From positions 1-29,232 of the forward strand of contig DXVG01000001.1 in assembly GCA_019409045.1 (NCBI GenBank): DNA of 29,232 bases, given 5' to 3'. The notes under the pieces are model-generated. The model was not told the origin of the DNA and searched no databases. It worked only from the letters and a program-made list of their open reading frames with translations. Within the stretch, counting starts at the first letter, position 1; every line of letters begins with the position of its first letter. Shown here piece by piece: positions 16,087-25,537 of the stretch. The stretch comes from Clostridiales bacterium. GTDB lineage: Bacteria > Bacillota > Clostridia > Christensenellales > Aristaeellaceae. A program made the translations under genes and the position numbers.

Positions 16087-17115
16087 ATGCGAATGTCCAA
16101 TGTGAGAACTTCAAACATGACGATCACCCAGGAGTTTGCCGAAAAGGTGCGGCAGGCAAACTCCAAGGATCGGATCATGCGCGTAGCGCCGATTCTGGTG
16201 CTGGTGGTGATGATCCTGGTGTTCAGCGCGCTATGCGGTTTTAACGTGTTCCTGGCGCCGAGCAACATCGTGGCCATCCTCAAGCAGCTGGCCATACCGC
16301 TGTGCGTGGCGCTGGGGCTGACGTTTGTAATCATGATCGGCTCCATCGACCTTTCCATCAACGGCGTGGTGGGCATGGCGGGCTCGTTCGCGGGCGTGCT
16401 GGTGGCAAACGAGGTGTTCGACTTCAACCTGGGCCTGCTGGGCGTGATGCTGGCGGTGCTCGCGGCGGTGGTGGTCGGCTTTCTGATCGGCGTGATTCAT
16501 GTGTATCTGCGCGTGCCCTCGTTCATGGTCTCCTTCGCGTTTATGTACATATGTCAGGGCCTGGGCCGCGTTTCCTATCATTCGCGCATCCTCAAGATCA
16601 CCGACCCGGTGATGATCCGCCTGGCGAACCTGTCCATTGCGGGCGTGCCGTTCATCACTTGGGTGGCGCTTGTGATGTTTGTGATCTGCCTGCTGATCCA
16701 GCAGTACACGGCCTTCGGCCGCCACGTCTACGCCGTGGGCACCAACGAGGCGATCCCCCGCTCGGTGGGCGTGAACGTGGGCTGGGTGAAGGTGCGCGTG
16801 TTCATGCTGGCGGGCCTGCTCAGCGGCGTGGCGGGCGTGCTGGGCGCGATTCGCCTGGGCATCGGCCAGATACAGATCGGCGACAATCAGATGTTCCCCG
16901 CGCAGGCCGCGGTGGTCATCGGCGGCACGGCGCTCAGCGGCGGCAAGGGCGGCGTGCAGCGCACGCTGGTGGGCGTGCTGATCATGACCATACTCAACAA
17001 CGGACTGTTGATGTGCAATGTCAGCGCCTACATCACCGACGGCGTGCAGGGCCTGATCATACTCATCTGCGTGATTCTGACCTGCGAGCACGGCAAGACC
17101 GTCATCAGCAAGTAG
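16087..17115 (+). CDS. Sugar ABC transporter permease (RbsC-like)
   Basis: GSIDLS, VPSFMVS, FGRHVYAVGTNE, AAVVIGGTALSGGKG. Start uncertain (16087 or 16093). Confidence 0.92.
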   Translation: MRMSNVRTSNMTITQEFAEKVRQANSKDRIMRVAPILVLVVMILVFSALCGFNVFLAPSNIVAILKQLAIPLCVALGLTFVIMIGSIDLSINGVVGMAGSFAGVLVANEVFDFNLGLLGVMLAVLAAVVVGFLIGVIHVYLRVPSFMVSFAFMYICQGLGRVSYHSRILKITDPVMIRLANLSIAGVPFITWVALVMFVICLLIQQYTAFGRHVYAVGTNEAIPRSVGVNVGWVKVRVFMLAGLLSGVAGVLGAIRLGIGQIQIGDNQMFPAQAAVVIGGTALSGGKGGVQRTLVGVLIMTILNNGLLMCNVSAYITDGVQGLIILICVILTCEHGKTVISK

Positions 17116-17129
17116 AGGGGAGGATGCAC

Positions 17130-18659
17130 ATGGAAAACAAACGACCGCTCTTTACGGCAAAGGACATCACCAAATCCTTCTCCGGCACGCAGGCGCTCAA
17201 GGGCGTGGACCTGGAGGTCTACCCGGGCGAAATCGTCGGTCTGGTGGGCGAGAACGGCGCGGGCAAGAGCACGCTTTTGAAGATCATCATCGGCGCGCAG
17301 CCGCAGTCCTCGGGCACGATGACCATGCACGGCCAGAGCTATGAGCCGAAAAACCCCATGGACGGCAATCGCGCGGGCATCGGCATGGTATTTCAGGAGC
17401 AGAGCCTGATCGTGAACCTGAACGTGGCGCAGAACATATTCTTCGGGCACGAAAAGAACTTCCGCAGGCGCGGCTTCATCCGCTGGAAGCAGATGTACCG
17501 CGAGGCGGAGGAGGTGCTGGCCAACTGCGACATCACCAACATACCCGTGCGCAAGAAGGTGCTCGACCTCAACTTCGCCACCCGCCAGATGGTGGAGATC
17601 GCCAAGGTGGTCAACGTGGCAAAGCGCGACGACGGCGAGAGCTGCCTGATCCTTCTGGACGAGCCGACCTCGGTGCTCAACGAGGAGGAAGTGCTCACGC
17701 TGTTTAAGCAGATGCGCAAGCTGGCCGACCGCGGCCACGCGATCGTGTTCGTTTCGCACCGCCTGGACGAGATATTGTCCATCACCGACCGCATCTACGT
17801 CTACAAGGACGGCACGAGCGTGGGCACCGTGCCCACCAGCGAGGCCAACGAGGCGCTTTTGTATGAAATGATGGTGGGCCGCAACTCCACCAACGAGTAC
17901 TTCCAGCTCGACCGGCAGGTTCCCCCGCAGGACGAGGTGGTGCTCGAGGCGCGCAATCTGGGCAAGTTCGGCGTGTTCAAGGACATCAACTTCAAGCTGC
18001 ACAAGGGCGAGATTCTCGGCTTTTGCGGCGTGGTCGGCTCGGGCAAGGAGGAGATCTGCTCGGTGCTGTGCGGCGACGAGGACCCCACCTGCGGCGAGAT
18101 ACTGCTGCACGGGCAGCCGGTGAAGTTCTCCTCGCCGGAGAAGGCGCGCAAGCACAGCATACTGATGATTCCCAAGGAACGCCTGTTTGAGGGCATCGTG
18201 GGCATGCTGCCCGTGGAGGACAACATTGCGCTGTCCAACCTGGAGAAGATGCGGCAGGGCGCGTTCGTCTCGCCCGCGAAGATCAACCGTCAGGCCACCG
18301 AGTGGATCGACCGGCTCAACATAAAGACCAGCGGCCCCAAGGCGCTGATCATGTCCCTGTCCGGCGGCAACCAGCAAAAGGTCGTCTTCAGCCGCGCGCT
18401 GGCCAGCCAGAGCGACATCATCATACTCAACCATCCCACCCGCGGCGTGGACGTGGGCGCGCGCGAGGAAATCTACACGCTGATTCGCGAGATCGTGGCG
18501 CAGGGCAAGAGCGTGATTCTGCTGGGCGACACGCTGGATGAGTGCATCGGCATGTCCTCGCGCATCATCGTCCTGCAGGACGGCCTGATCACGGCGGAGT
18601 TCGACGCGCAGGCCGAGAATAAGCCCAGCCAGGTGGACGTCGTCAGCCACATGATGTAA
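17130..18659 (+). CDS. Sugar ABC transporter ATP-binding protein (RbsA-like, two NBDs)
   Basis: GENGAGKST, LDEPT, VSHRL; second NBD has LSGGNQQK. Start reassigned to ATG 17130 (or 17124) after GGAGG. Confidence 0.95.
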   Translation: MENKRPLFTAKDITKSFSGTQALKGVDLEVYPGEIVGLVGENGAGKSTLLKIIIGAQPQSSGTMTMHGQSYEPKNPMDGNRAGIGMVFQEQSLIVNLNVAQNIFFGHEKNFRRRGFIRWKQMYREAEEVLANCDITNIPVRKKVLDLNFATRQMVEIAKVVNVAKRDDGESCLILLDEPTSVLNEEEVLTLFKQMRKLADRGHAIVFVSHRLDEILSITDRIYVYKDGTSVGTVPTSEANEALLYEMMVGRNSTNEYFQLDRQVPPQDEVVLEARNLGKFGVFKDINFKLHKGEILGFCGVVGSGKEEICSVLCGDEDPTCGEILLHGQPVKFSSPEKARKHSILMIPKERLFEGIVGMLPVEDNIALSNLEKMRQGAFVSPAKINRQATEWIDRLNIKTSGPKALIMSLSGGNQQKVVFSRALASQSDIIILNHPTRGVDVGAREEIYTLIREIVAQGKSVILLGDTLDECIGMSSRIIVLQDGLITAEFDAQAENKPSQVDVVSHMM

Positions 18660-18673
18660 GGAGGGACCGGCAA

Positions 18674-19705
18674 ATGAGCGAAACGACCATCAAAAAGCGC
18701 GCATTCAAGCGGGAAAACCTGATGCGCTATATCAGTCTGGTGTCCATCATCGTGCTGGCGTTTGCCTTTGAGGCCATGCAGCCCAACTTTCTGGGGCGGA
18801 TGAACGTCGCCGGCATGCTGCGCGACAACGCCGCGCTGCTGGTGATGGCGGTGGGCATGACCTCGATACTGATCTTCGGCTCCATCGACCTGTCCATGGG
18901 CGCGATGTGCTCTGTGGCGAACGTGCTGTATGTGCGCATCGTAGTGCTGTTTTCCAACCACTACGAGGCCGCGGGCGTGGAGGAGCCCAACGCGCTGGGC
19001 GCGATGATCGTGGCCACGCTGGCGTGCGTGCTGGTGGGCCTGATCTCCGGCTTTCTGCTGGGCGTGATTCATGTGAAGCTGAAGGTGCCCTCGTTCATCG
19101 CGTCTCTGGGCTTCATGTCCGTTTGGACGAGCGCGGCGTACCTGATCTCCAACCGCGCGGAGTCCATTCCGCGGAAGATGAGCACGGCCTCCGACTGGTA
19201 CAGGATCGCCTTCTTCGGCGATTGGATACCGCTGCCGCTGATCATCGCGCTGGTGATCGCCGTCGTGTTCTACATACTGCAGAGCCGCACGGTGTTTGGC
19301 CGCACCATATTCTCCATCGGCGGCAACGAGCGCGCATCGCGCATCGCGGGCATGGGCGTGGACCGCACCAAGATCATCATCTTCTCGCTGGCGGGCATGT
19401 GCGCGGCGCTGGGCGGCGTGTTCCTGGCCTCGAAGATCAAGTCCTCCGACCCGACGCTGGGCGACCCGTACACGCTGATGATCGTCGCCTCGTGCGTGCT
19501 GGGCGGCACGTCGCTCTCGGGCGGCAAGGGCTCCTGCCTGGGCACGATTCTGGGCGCGCTGACCGTCACGGTCATCAAAAACGGCCTGACGTTCATCGGC
19601 GTGGACGCCTACTGGCAGGACGTGGTGTTCGGCCTGTTCGTGCTGGCGATGATCGTGTTGTCCATCGACCGCTCCAAGTCCACGCGCGGCATCGCGGTCA
19701 AGTGA
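18674..19705 (+). CDS. Sugar ABC transporter permease (RbsC-like)
   Basis: GSIDLS, VPSFIASLG, FGRTIFSIGGNERAS, VLGGTSLSGGKG. Confidence 0.92.
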   Translation: MSETTIKKRAFKRENLMRYISLVSIIVLAFAFEAMQPNFLGRMNVAGMLRDNAALLVMAVGMTSILIFGSIDLSMGAMCSVANVLYVRIVVLFSNHYEAAGVEEPNALGAMIVATLACVLVGLISGFLLGVIHVKLKVPSFIASLGFMSVWTSAAYLISNRAESIPRKMSTASDWYRIAFFGDWIPLPLIIALVIAVVFYILQSRTVFGRTIFSIGGNERASRIAGMGVDRTKIIIFSLAGMCAALGGVFLASKIKSSDPTLGDPYTLMIVASCVLGGTSLSGGKGSCLGTILGALTVTVIKNGLTFIGVDAYWQDVVFGLFVLAMIVLSIDRSKSTRGIAVK

Positions 19706-19713
19706 GCCGCCGC

Positions 19714-19751
19714 GGCGTGTAAAATTCCTGCGGGCGTGTAAAATTCCCGCG
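19714..19751. repeat. 19-bp tandem direct repeat just upstream of the rpmE promoter
   Basis: ggcgtgtaaaattcctgcg / ggcgtgtaaaattcccgcg (18/19). Confidence 0.8.
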
Positions 19752-19756
19752 AACCC

Positions 19757-19785
19757 TTGAAGCCGGACGCGGCCTGTGCTATAAT
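19757..19785 (+). promoter_or_regulatory. rpmE promoter
   Basis: TTGAAG-17-TATAAT with extended TGn. Confidence 0.7.
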
Positions 19786-19857
19786 ATCTAGTGCATGACC
19801 ACGCGGATGCCGGCCCCGCCGGAGGGCCGACAGTCCGGTGACAAAGAGGTGAATACC

Positions 19858-20055
19858 ATGAAGGAAAAAATCCATCCGAATTACGGCAAGGCGATCGTGC
19901 GCTGCGTTTGCGGCGAGACGTTTGAGACTGGTTCCGTGAAGAAGGAAATGCGCGTGGATATCTGCTCCAAGTGCCATCCCTTCTACACCGGCAAGCAGAA
20001 GCTGGTCGACAGCGGCGGACGCGTGGACCGCTTCAAGAAGCGCTACGGCATGTAG
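19858..20055 (+). CDS. rpmE: 50S ribosomal protein L31 (Zn-binding type)
   Basis: MKEKIHPNY...CVCG...[15 protein letters not shown]...[19 protein letters not shown]. Confidence 0.98.
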   Translation: MKEKIHPNYGKAIVRCVCGETFETGSVKKEMRVDICSKCHPFYTGKQKLVDSGGRVDRFKKRYGM

Positions 20056-20064
20056 CCACACTCG

Positions 20065-20099
20065 GACGCCGGGAGAGGTTTATCCTCCTCCGGCGTTTT
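20065..20099 (+). terminator. Terminator after rpmE
   Basis: gacgccgggagagg-ttta-tcctcctccggcgtttt imperfect stem plus T-run. Confidence 0.6.
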
Positions 20100-20118
20100 C
20101 GTATGCTCTGGAGGCGTT

Positions 20119-20904
20119 ATGCGTGTGCTTGCGTGGCGCGCCGATGCGGCGCGCAGACTGGAGGCGGCCGGAAGCCCCGACCCGGCGGCGGACGCGCGAC
20201 TTCTGTGCTGGGGCGATTCCCTGCGCGAGCTGTCCTCGCAGGAGGAGGCGCGGCTTGAGGCGCGGCTTGCGCGCCGCCTGGCCGGGGAGCCTGTGCAGTA
20301 TGTGCTGGGCAGCGCGTGGCTGATGGGGCTGGAGTTTCTCGTGGACGCGCGCGTGCTCATCCCGCGACAGGACACCGAGGCGCTGTGCGAGGCGGCGCTG
20401 GAATTTCTGCGCGGGCGGGAGGGCGCGCGCGTGCTGGATTTGTGCACGGGCAGCGGCGCGATCGGGCTGAGCATCGCCCAGCTGTGCCCCGGCGCGCACC
20501 TGACGCTCGCGGACGTGAGCGCGGGCGCATGCGAGGTGGCGGCGCGCAACCGCGACCGGCTCGGCCTGCGCGCGGACGTGGTCTGCGGCGACCTGTTCTG
20601 CCCCGTGCGCGGCAGGCAATTCGACCTGATCTGCTGCAACCCGCCCTACATCCCCACGGCCGACCTGGACGGCCTGCAAAGGGAGGTTCGCCAAGAGCCG
20701 CGCATCGCGCTCGACGGCGGCGCGGACGGGCTGGACTTTTATCGCCGCATCGCCGGGGAGTACCGCGCGTTTCTCCGGCCCGGCGGCGCGCTGATGCTGG
20801 AGATCGGCTGGGATCAGGCCGAGGCCGTGCGCGCGCTGTTCGCGGGCGGCGAGGTCGTGCGCGACCTGTGCGGGCGCGACCGCGTGATCGTGATACGGGA
20901 GTGA
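20119..20904 (+). CDS. prmC: Release factor glutamine methyltransferase
   Basis: [45 protein letters not shown]; adjacent to prfA. Confidence 0.95.
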   Translation: MRVLAWRADAARRLEAAGSPDPAADARLLCWGDSLRELSSQEEARLEARLARRLAGEPVQYVLGSAWLMGLEFLVDARVLIPRQDTEALCEAALEFLRGREGARVLDLCTGSGAIGLSIAQLCPGAHLTLADVSAGACEVAARNRDRLGLRADVVCGDLFCPVRGRQFDLICCNPPYIPTADLDGLQREVRQEPRIALDGGADGLDFYRRIAGEYRAFLRPGGALMLEIGWDQAEAVRALFAGGEVVRDLCGRDRVIVIRE

Positions 20905-20912
20905 ATCTGTTT

Positions 20913-22001
20913 ATGGAAAGAAGTCAGGCGGAACAGGCGCGGGTGCTTTCGCAGCTCGAGAGCGTGGAGGCGCGCTATGAGGAGCTGTCCATCCGCATCA
21001 CATTGCCGGAGGTCATCGCCGACACGCAGCTTTTCGCGCAGCTGATGCGCGAGCACAGCGAGCTTGCGGAGCTGAACGAGATCGCGCGGGGCTGCCGCGA
21101 GCTCGCCCGGCAGATCGGGCAGGCGCACGAGCTGCTCGCCGACCCGGACATGGCGGACATGGCGCGCGAGGAGCTGGAAGATCTCGAGCCCCGGCTGCGC
21201 GAGGAGCTGCACAAGGCGCGGCTGGCGCTCTTGCCCAAGGACCCGGACGACCGCAAAAACGCCGTGCTGGAGGTGCGCGCGGGCGCGGGCGGCGACGAGG
21301 CCGGCCTGTTCGGCGCGGAGCTTCTGCGCATGTACCAGCACTACGCCGACCGGCAGGGCTGGAAGTGGGAGCTGATCGAGGACGGCTCCACGGAGCTGGG
21401 CGGCATCAAGGAGAGCGTGGCGCTCATCTCCGGCAAAAACGTGTTTGAAAAGTTGAAGTTTGAAAGCGGCGTGCACCGCGTGCAGCGCGTCCCCGTCACC
21501 GAGAGCTCGGGCCGCATACACACCTCCACCGCCACGGTGGCGGTGCTTCCCGAGGCGGAGGACGTGGAGGTGGAGGTGGACCCCGCGGATTTGCGCATCG
21601 ACACCTATCGCGCCTCCGGCGCGGGCGGGCAGCACGTCAACCGCACGGATTCCGCCGTGCGCATCACGCACATCCCCACGGGGCTGGTGGTCACCTCGCA
21701 GGACCAGCGCTCGCAAATTCAGAACCGCGAAAAGGCCATGCGCGTGCTCAAGTCCCGCCTGTACGAGATGGAGCGCGAAAAGCAGGAGGGCGCCTACGCC
21801 GACCGCCGCCGCCTGCAGGTGGGCACGGGCGACCGCTCCGAGCGCATACGCACCTACAACTTCCCGCAGGGCCGCGTGACCGACCACCGCATCGGGCTCA
21901 CGCTCTACCGGCTGACGGACGTGCTGGAGGGCGACCTTGACGAGATCATCACCGCGCTGACGCTGGCCGAACAGACGGCGCTGATGGAGAAGCAGGCATG
22001 A
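20913..22001 (+). CDS. prfA: Peptide chain release factor 1
   Basis: [12 protein letters not shown] (PxT, RF1-specific), [22 protein letters not shown]. Confidence 0.97.
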   Translation: MERSQAEQARVLSQLESVEARYEELSIRITLPEVIADTQLFAQLMREHSELAELNEIARGCRELARQIGQAHELLADPDMADMAREELEDLEPRLREELHKARLALLPKDPDDRKNAVLEVRAGAGGDEAGLFGAELLRMYQHYADRQGWKWELIEDGSTELGGIKESVALISGKNVFEKLKFESGVHRVQRVPVTESSGRIHTSTATVAVLPEAEDVEVEVDPADLRIDTYRASGAGGQHVNRTDSAVRITHIPTGLVVTSQDQRSQIQNREKAMRVLKSRLYEMEREKQEGAYADRRRLQVGTGDRSERIRTYNFPQGRVTDHRIGLTLYRLTDVLEGDLDEIITALTLAEQTALMEKQA

Positions 22002-23011
22002 GGACCGAGCTTTTGACGCCCACGGACGAGGCCATTGCGCGGGCGGGCGCGCTTCTGCGCGCCGGAAAGGTGGTGGGCTTCCCCACCGAGACGGTCTACG
22101 GGCTGGGCGCGAACGCGCTGGATGCGAGCGCCGTGGACAAGATATTCGCCGCCAAGGGGCGGCCCGGGGACAATCCCCTGATCGTACACATCGCGGACGC
22201 GGACGCGCTCGCGCCGCTGATCCGGGGCGAGCCGTCCGCCGCCGCGCGCGCGCTGATGGACGCCTTCTGGCCCGGGCCGATGACGCTCATCTTTCCCCGC
22301 AGCGGGCGCGTGCCCCTGCGGGTGACGGCGGGGCTCGACACCGTGGCCGTGCGCATGCCCTCGCACGCGGTGGCGCGCGCGCTCATCCGCGCGGCGGGCG
22401 TGCCGGTGGCCGCGCCCAGCGCCAACCGCTCCGGCCGGCCGAGCCCGACCACGGCGCGGGACGTGCTGGAGGACATGGACGGCCGCGTGCCGCTGATTCT
22501 GGACGGCGGCGCGTGCGGCGTGGGCCTGGAATCCACGGTGATCGACCTGACCGGGGGGTGCACGCGCGTGCTGCGCCCGGGCGGCGTCACGCAGGCGCAG
22601 ATCGCGTCCGTCGCGGGCGCGTGCGAGGTCGATCGCGCGGTGCTCGCGCCGCTCGGCGAGGGCGAGCGGCCGCGCTCGCCGGGCATGAAGTACAGGCACT
22701 ACGCACCGCGCGGCGAAGTGACGGTGTTTCGCGGGCCGGACGCCGCCGAAAAGATCATCCGCCGCTACGACGCGTGCGAGGGCGCGCTGATCCTCGCGCT
22801 GGAGGGCCACGTTCCCCTCTACGGCGCGCGGCGCGTGCTGTCCTTGGGCGCGGACGCGCGGGACATGGCCGCAAACCTGTTCGGCGCGCTGCGCGAGGCC
22901 GACCGGCTGGGCGCGCGGGAGATACTCTGCGAGGGCGTGGAGCCCACGGGCGTGGGGCTGGCGGTGATGAACCGGCTCCTGCGTGCGGCGGCGTTCCGCG
23001 TGGTGGACTGA
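21998..23011 (+). CDS. sua5: Threonylcarbamoyl-AMP synthase, Sua5/TsaC2 type
   Basis: [50 protein letters not shown]. Confidence 0.95.
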   Translation: MRTELLTPTDEAIARAGALLRAGKVVGFPTETVYGLGANALDASAVDKIFAAKGRPGDNPLIVHIADADALAPLIRGEPSAAARALMDAFWPGPMTLIFPRSGRVPLRVTAGLDTVAVRMPSHAVARALIRAAGVPVAAPSANRSGRPSPTTARDVLEDMDGRVPLILDGGACGVGLESTVIDLTGGCTRVLRPGGVTQAQIASVAGACEVDRAVLAPLGEGERPRSPGMKYRHYAPRGEVTVFRGPDAAEKIIRRYDACEGALILALEGHVPLYGARRVLSLGADARDMAANLFGALREADRLGAREILCEGVEPTGVGLAVMNRLLRAAAFRVVD

Positions 23012-23028
23012 CAAGAGGAGGAGCGCGC

Positions 23029-23547
23029 ATGCCGCAGCACGTCGTCGTGGTCGATTACGACCCCGCCTGGCCGGAGATGTACGCCGCGGAGGCCGCGCGG
23101 CTGCGCCGCGCGCTGGGTGAAAACTGCGTATCCATCCACCACATCGGCAGCACGGCGGTCCCCGGACTGGCCGCGAAGCCGATCATCGACATGCTGCCCG
23201 TGGTGCGCTCTCTGGAGGCGGTGGACCGCGCGGCGGACGCGCTTGCGCGCCTGGGGTACGAGTGCCTCGGCGAGTTCGGCATACCCGGCAGGCGCTACCT
23301 GCGCAAGGGCGGGGACGAGCGCACGCATCAGGTACACGTCTTTGCCGAGGCGGACGAGGCAAACATACGCCGCCACATCGCGTTTCGGGATCATCTGCGC
23401 GCGCACGAGGCCGACCGGGACGCCTACGCGCGCCTCAAGCGCGCGCTCGCGCAGGCGCACCCCTACGACATAGAGGCCTACTGCGAGGGCAAGGCGGCGT
23501 TCGTGCGCGCGCTCGAGCGCAGGGCGCTCGGCGAGGGCCGCGCTTGA
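23029..23547 (+). CDS. GrpB/UPF0157 family nucleotidyltransferase-fold protein
   Basis: YDPAW, HIGSTAVPGLAAKPIID, FRDHLR, Y..LK, Y..GK; GGAGGAG RBS. Confidence 0.9.
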   Translation: MPQHVVVVDYDPAWPEMYAAEAARLRRALGENCVSIHHIGSTAVPGLAAKPIIDMLPVVRSLEAVDRAADALARLGYECLGEFGIPGRRYLRKGGDERTHQVHVFAEADEANIRRHIAFRDHLRAHEADRDAYARLKRALAQAHPYDIEAYCEGKAAFVRALERRALGEGRA

Positions 23548-23572
23548 CGCGGGCGCGCGGTTTCTGTACAAT
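23544..23572 (+). promoter_or_regulatory. Promoter for the AI-2E transporter gene
   Basis: TTGACG-17-TACAAT. Confidence 0.6.
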
Positions 23573-23596
23573 GGAATGGGCCGCCGGGGGCGGCGC

Positions 23597-24778
23597 ATGA
23601 GGCGTTTGAGGGAGGAGATCCGCTTGCTGCAATGGAGGACCTGTCTGCGCGTGGGCGTCACGGTGGCGGTGCTGTTCCTGTTCACGCATTACTGGGGCGC
23701 GGTCTCCGGCGTGCTGAGCCTGATCTTCAGCGCGATATGGCCGCTGATCCTGGGCGCGGGCATCGCCTACATCGTCAATACGCTGATGCGCTTTTATGAG
23801 CGGCACTACTTTCCGCGCTCGCGCAGGCGCTGTCTGATCCGCTCGCGCCGCGCGGTATGCATGACGGCCTCCTACCTGACCATCATACTGATCGTGGGGC
23901 TGATCATACTGCTGGTGGTGCCGGAGCTGATCCGGGCGATACAGCTTCTCATCAGCGGGACGCCCGCCCTGCTGGAGTGGCTGAACGCGCTGTTACAGGA
24001 GCACCCGGAGATCGCCGAATACCTGCCCGAGGCGGAGGCCGTGCTCGGCAAGATCGGTGCGGACTGGCAGCAGACGCTCACGCAGGTGCTCGACTGGCTG
24101 GGCGGCGGCCTCGGCGGCGTGATGAACTCGATACTGACCACGGTCTCGGGCGTGTTCTCCGGCGCGGTCACGCTGGTGATGGGCGTGATGTTCTCCTTCT
24201 ATATCCTCTACAGCAAGGAGCGGCTGTGCGCGCAGGCAAACCGGCTGATGCGCACATACATGCGGCCCGCGTGGGTGGAAAAGACGCGCTATGTGCTGGG
24301 CGTGCTCGACGACAGCTTCCACCGCTACATCGTCGGCCAGTGCATCGAAGCCGTCATCCTCGGAATGCTGTGCATGCTGGGCATGCTCGCCTTCGGCTTC
24401 CCCTACGCCACGATGATCGGCACGCTGGTGGGCGCGACGGCGCTGATCCCCATCGCGGGCGCGTACATCGGCGCGGGCGTGGGCGCGATACTGATCCTGA
24501 CCATATCGCCCGTGGAGGCCGTGCTGTTTTTGCTGTTCATCATCGTATTGCAGCAGCTCGAGGGCAACCTCATCTATCCGCGCGTGGTGGGCACGTCGCT
24601 GGGGCTGCCCGCGCTGTGGGTGCTGGCGGCCATCACGGTGGGCGGCAGCATGATGGGCGTCGGCGGCATGCTGCTGGCCGTGCCGCTGACGGCGGCCGCG
24701 TATCGGCTGATCCGCACGGACGTGCGGCGCCGCGAGGGCGCGCGCGCCGAGGCGCAGGCCCCCGCGGACGGGCAATAG
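23597..24778 (+). CDS. AI-2E family (PerM/UPF0118) transporter
   Basis: PLILGAGIAYIVN, YIVGQCIEA, LIPIAG, QQLEGNLIYPRVVG, GMLLAVP. Confidence 0.92.
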   Translation: MRRLREEIRLLQWRTCLRVGVTVAVLFLFTHYWGAVSGVLSLIFSAIWPLILGAGIAYIVNTLMRFYERHYFPRSRRRCLIRSRRAVCMTASYLTIILIVGLIILLVVPELIRAIQLLISGTPALLEWLNALLQEHPEIAEYLPEAEAVLGKIGADWQQTLTQVLDWLGGGLGGVMNSILTTVSGVFSGAVTLVMGVMFSFYILYSKERLCAQANRLMRTYMRPAWVEKTRYVLGVLDDSFHRYIVGQCIEAVILGMLCMLGMLAFGFPYATMIGTLVGATALIPIAGAYIGAGVGAILILTISPVEAVLFLLFIIVLQQLEGNLIYPRVVGTSLGLPALWVLAAITVGGSMMGVGGMLLAVPLTAAAYRLIRTDVRRREGARAEAQAPADGQ

Positions 24779-24782
24779 ATGC

Positions 24783-24954
24783 CAGGGCGTTGAGAAAGCC
24801 CGCAAGGCAAGGAAGCGAGCCTGCAAACAAGGGAGCTTACATAGACGTAAGTGACCGCGGTTTGCAGGCGAAGCTGACGCAGGAAGCAAAAATCACTTCC
24901 GCTTCTTTTCTTTCGGAAGTGATTTTTGCGTTTGGGGGCTTTGTCAGCGGTCTG
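24783..24954. mobile_element. 172-bp MITE, copy 2
   Basis: 164/172 identical to 4483-4654, same orientation; abuts a hairpin terminator; no obvious TSD. Confidence 0.85.
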
Positions 24955-24955
24955 G

Positions 24956-24999
24956 GCGCCCGCTCCTCGATTAAGTGGAACGGGCGCTTCTCTGTTTTT
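24956..24999. terminator. Hairpin terminator between the convergent AI-2E and cupin genes
   Basis: gcgcccgctcc-tcgattaagt-ggaacgggcgc followed by ttctctgttttt. Confidence 0.6.
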
Positions 25000-25002
25000 G
25001 GG

Positions 25003-25344
25003 TCAATCCTTGACGATCACGGCGACGAGCACGAGGTCCGTGTCGCCCACGCTCTCTACCGAGTGGCCGTGGCCGGAGAATGTGGCCATCGAATCGCCGG
25101 GGTGGACGAGCACCTCTGTCTCGTCGTCCATCACGCGGCCCTCGCCCTCCAGAAACAGAAACAGCTCCGTCTCATTCTCGTGGACGTGATAGCCGATGGA
25201 CGCGCCCGGCGCGAGCCGTATCTCGGAAAACAGGCGCGCGTTTGCGGGGAGCTCTTTGCTGGCGGGGGTCAGAAGCGCCGCGCCGTTGCCGCCGCGCATG
25301 GCCTCCCGGCGCTGTGTCTGCCGCTCTTGTTTGCGTGTGATCAT
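25003..25344 (-). CDS. Cupin domain protein
   Basis: PGASIGYHVHENETE...GEG...PGD...GHGHS; GGAGG RBS before ATG 25344; TTGTGC-17-TATAAT upstream. Confidence 0.9.
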   Translation of the reverse strand: MITRKQERQTQRREAMRGGNGAALLTPASKELPANARLFSEIRLAPGASIGYHVHENETELFLFLEGEGRVMDDETEVLVHPGDSMATFSGHGHSVESVGDTDLVLVAVIVKD

Positions 25345-25415
25345 GTTCAATCCACCTCCATACAACGATTATAGCATCCGCGCGCGCCGCGCACAACGTT
25401 TTTTACACAATATCA

Positions 25416-25537
25416 TGGAAAAGCGGCGAGTGTTGTGCTATAATGTGCGCGTCGGCATTCTCAGCAAGCCGAACACGGAATCCCCGCTTCAAACATTCGT
25501 AGGGTATCGGACGCGAACTCGAACGGAGGAAAATCAC
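25416..25537 (+). promoter_or_regulatory. Promoter and ~85-nt leader of the panT-coaX operon
   Basis: TGGAAA-17-TATAAT (extended TG); leader has short complementary segments. Confidence 0.5.

Noticed and set aside
16302..18659. 785-aa ABC ATPase and 561-aa RF1 (20316..22001) as novel fusions
   Set aside because: The N-terminal extensions are off-frame read-through of upstream genes. The conserved domains begin at about 17130 and 20913.
20913..22001. prfB with a programmed frameshift
   Set aside because: The PVT motif, continuous frame and prmC linkage identify RF1.
4483..24954. The two MITEs as ends of a 20-kb composite transposon
   Set aside because: The interval includes core genes (rpmE, prmC, prfA, sua5), copy 1 has its own local duplication, and the outer flanks share no TSD.
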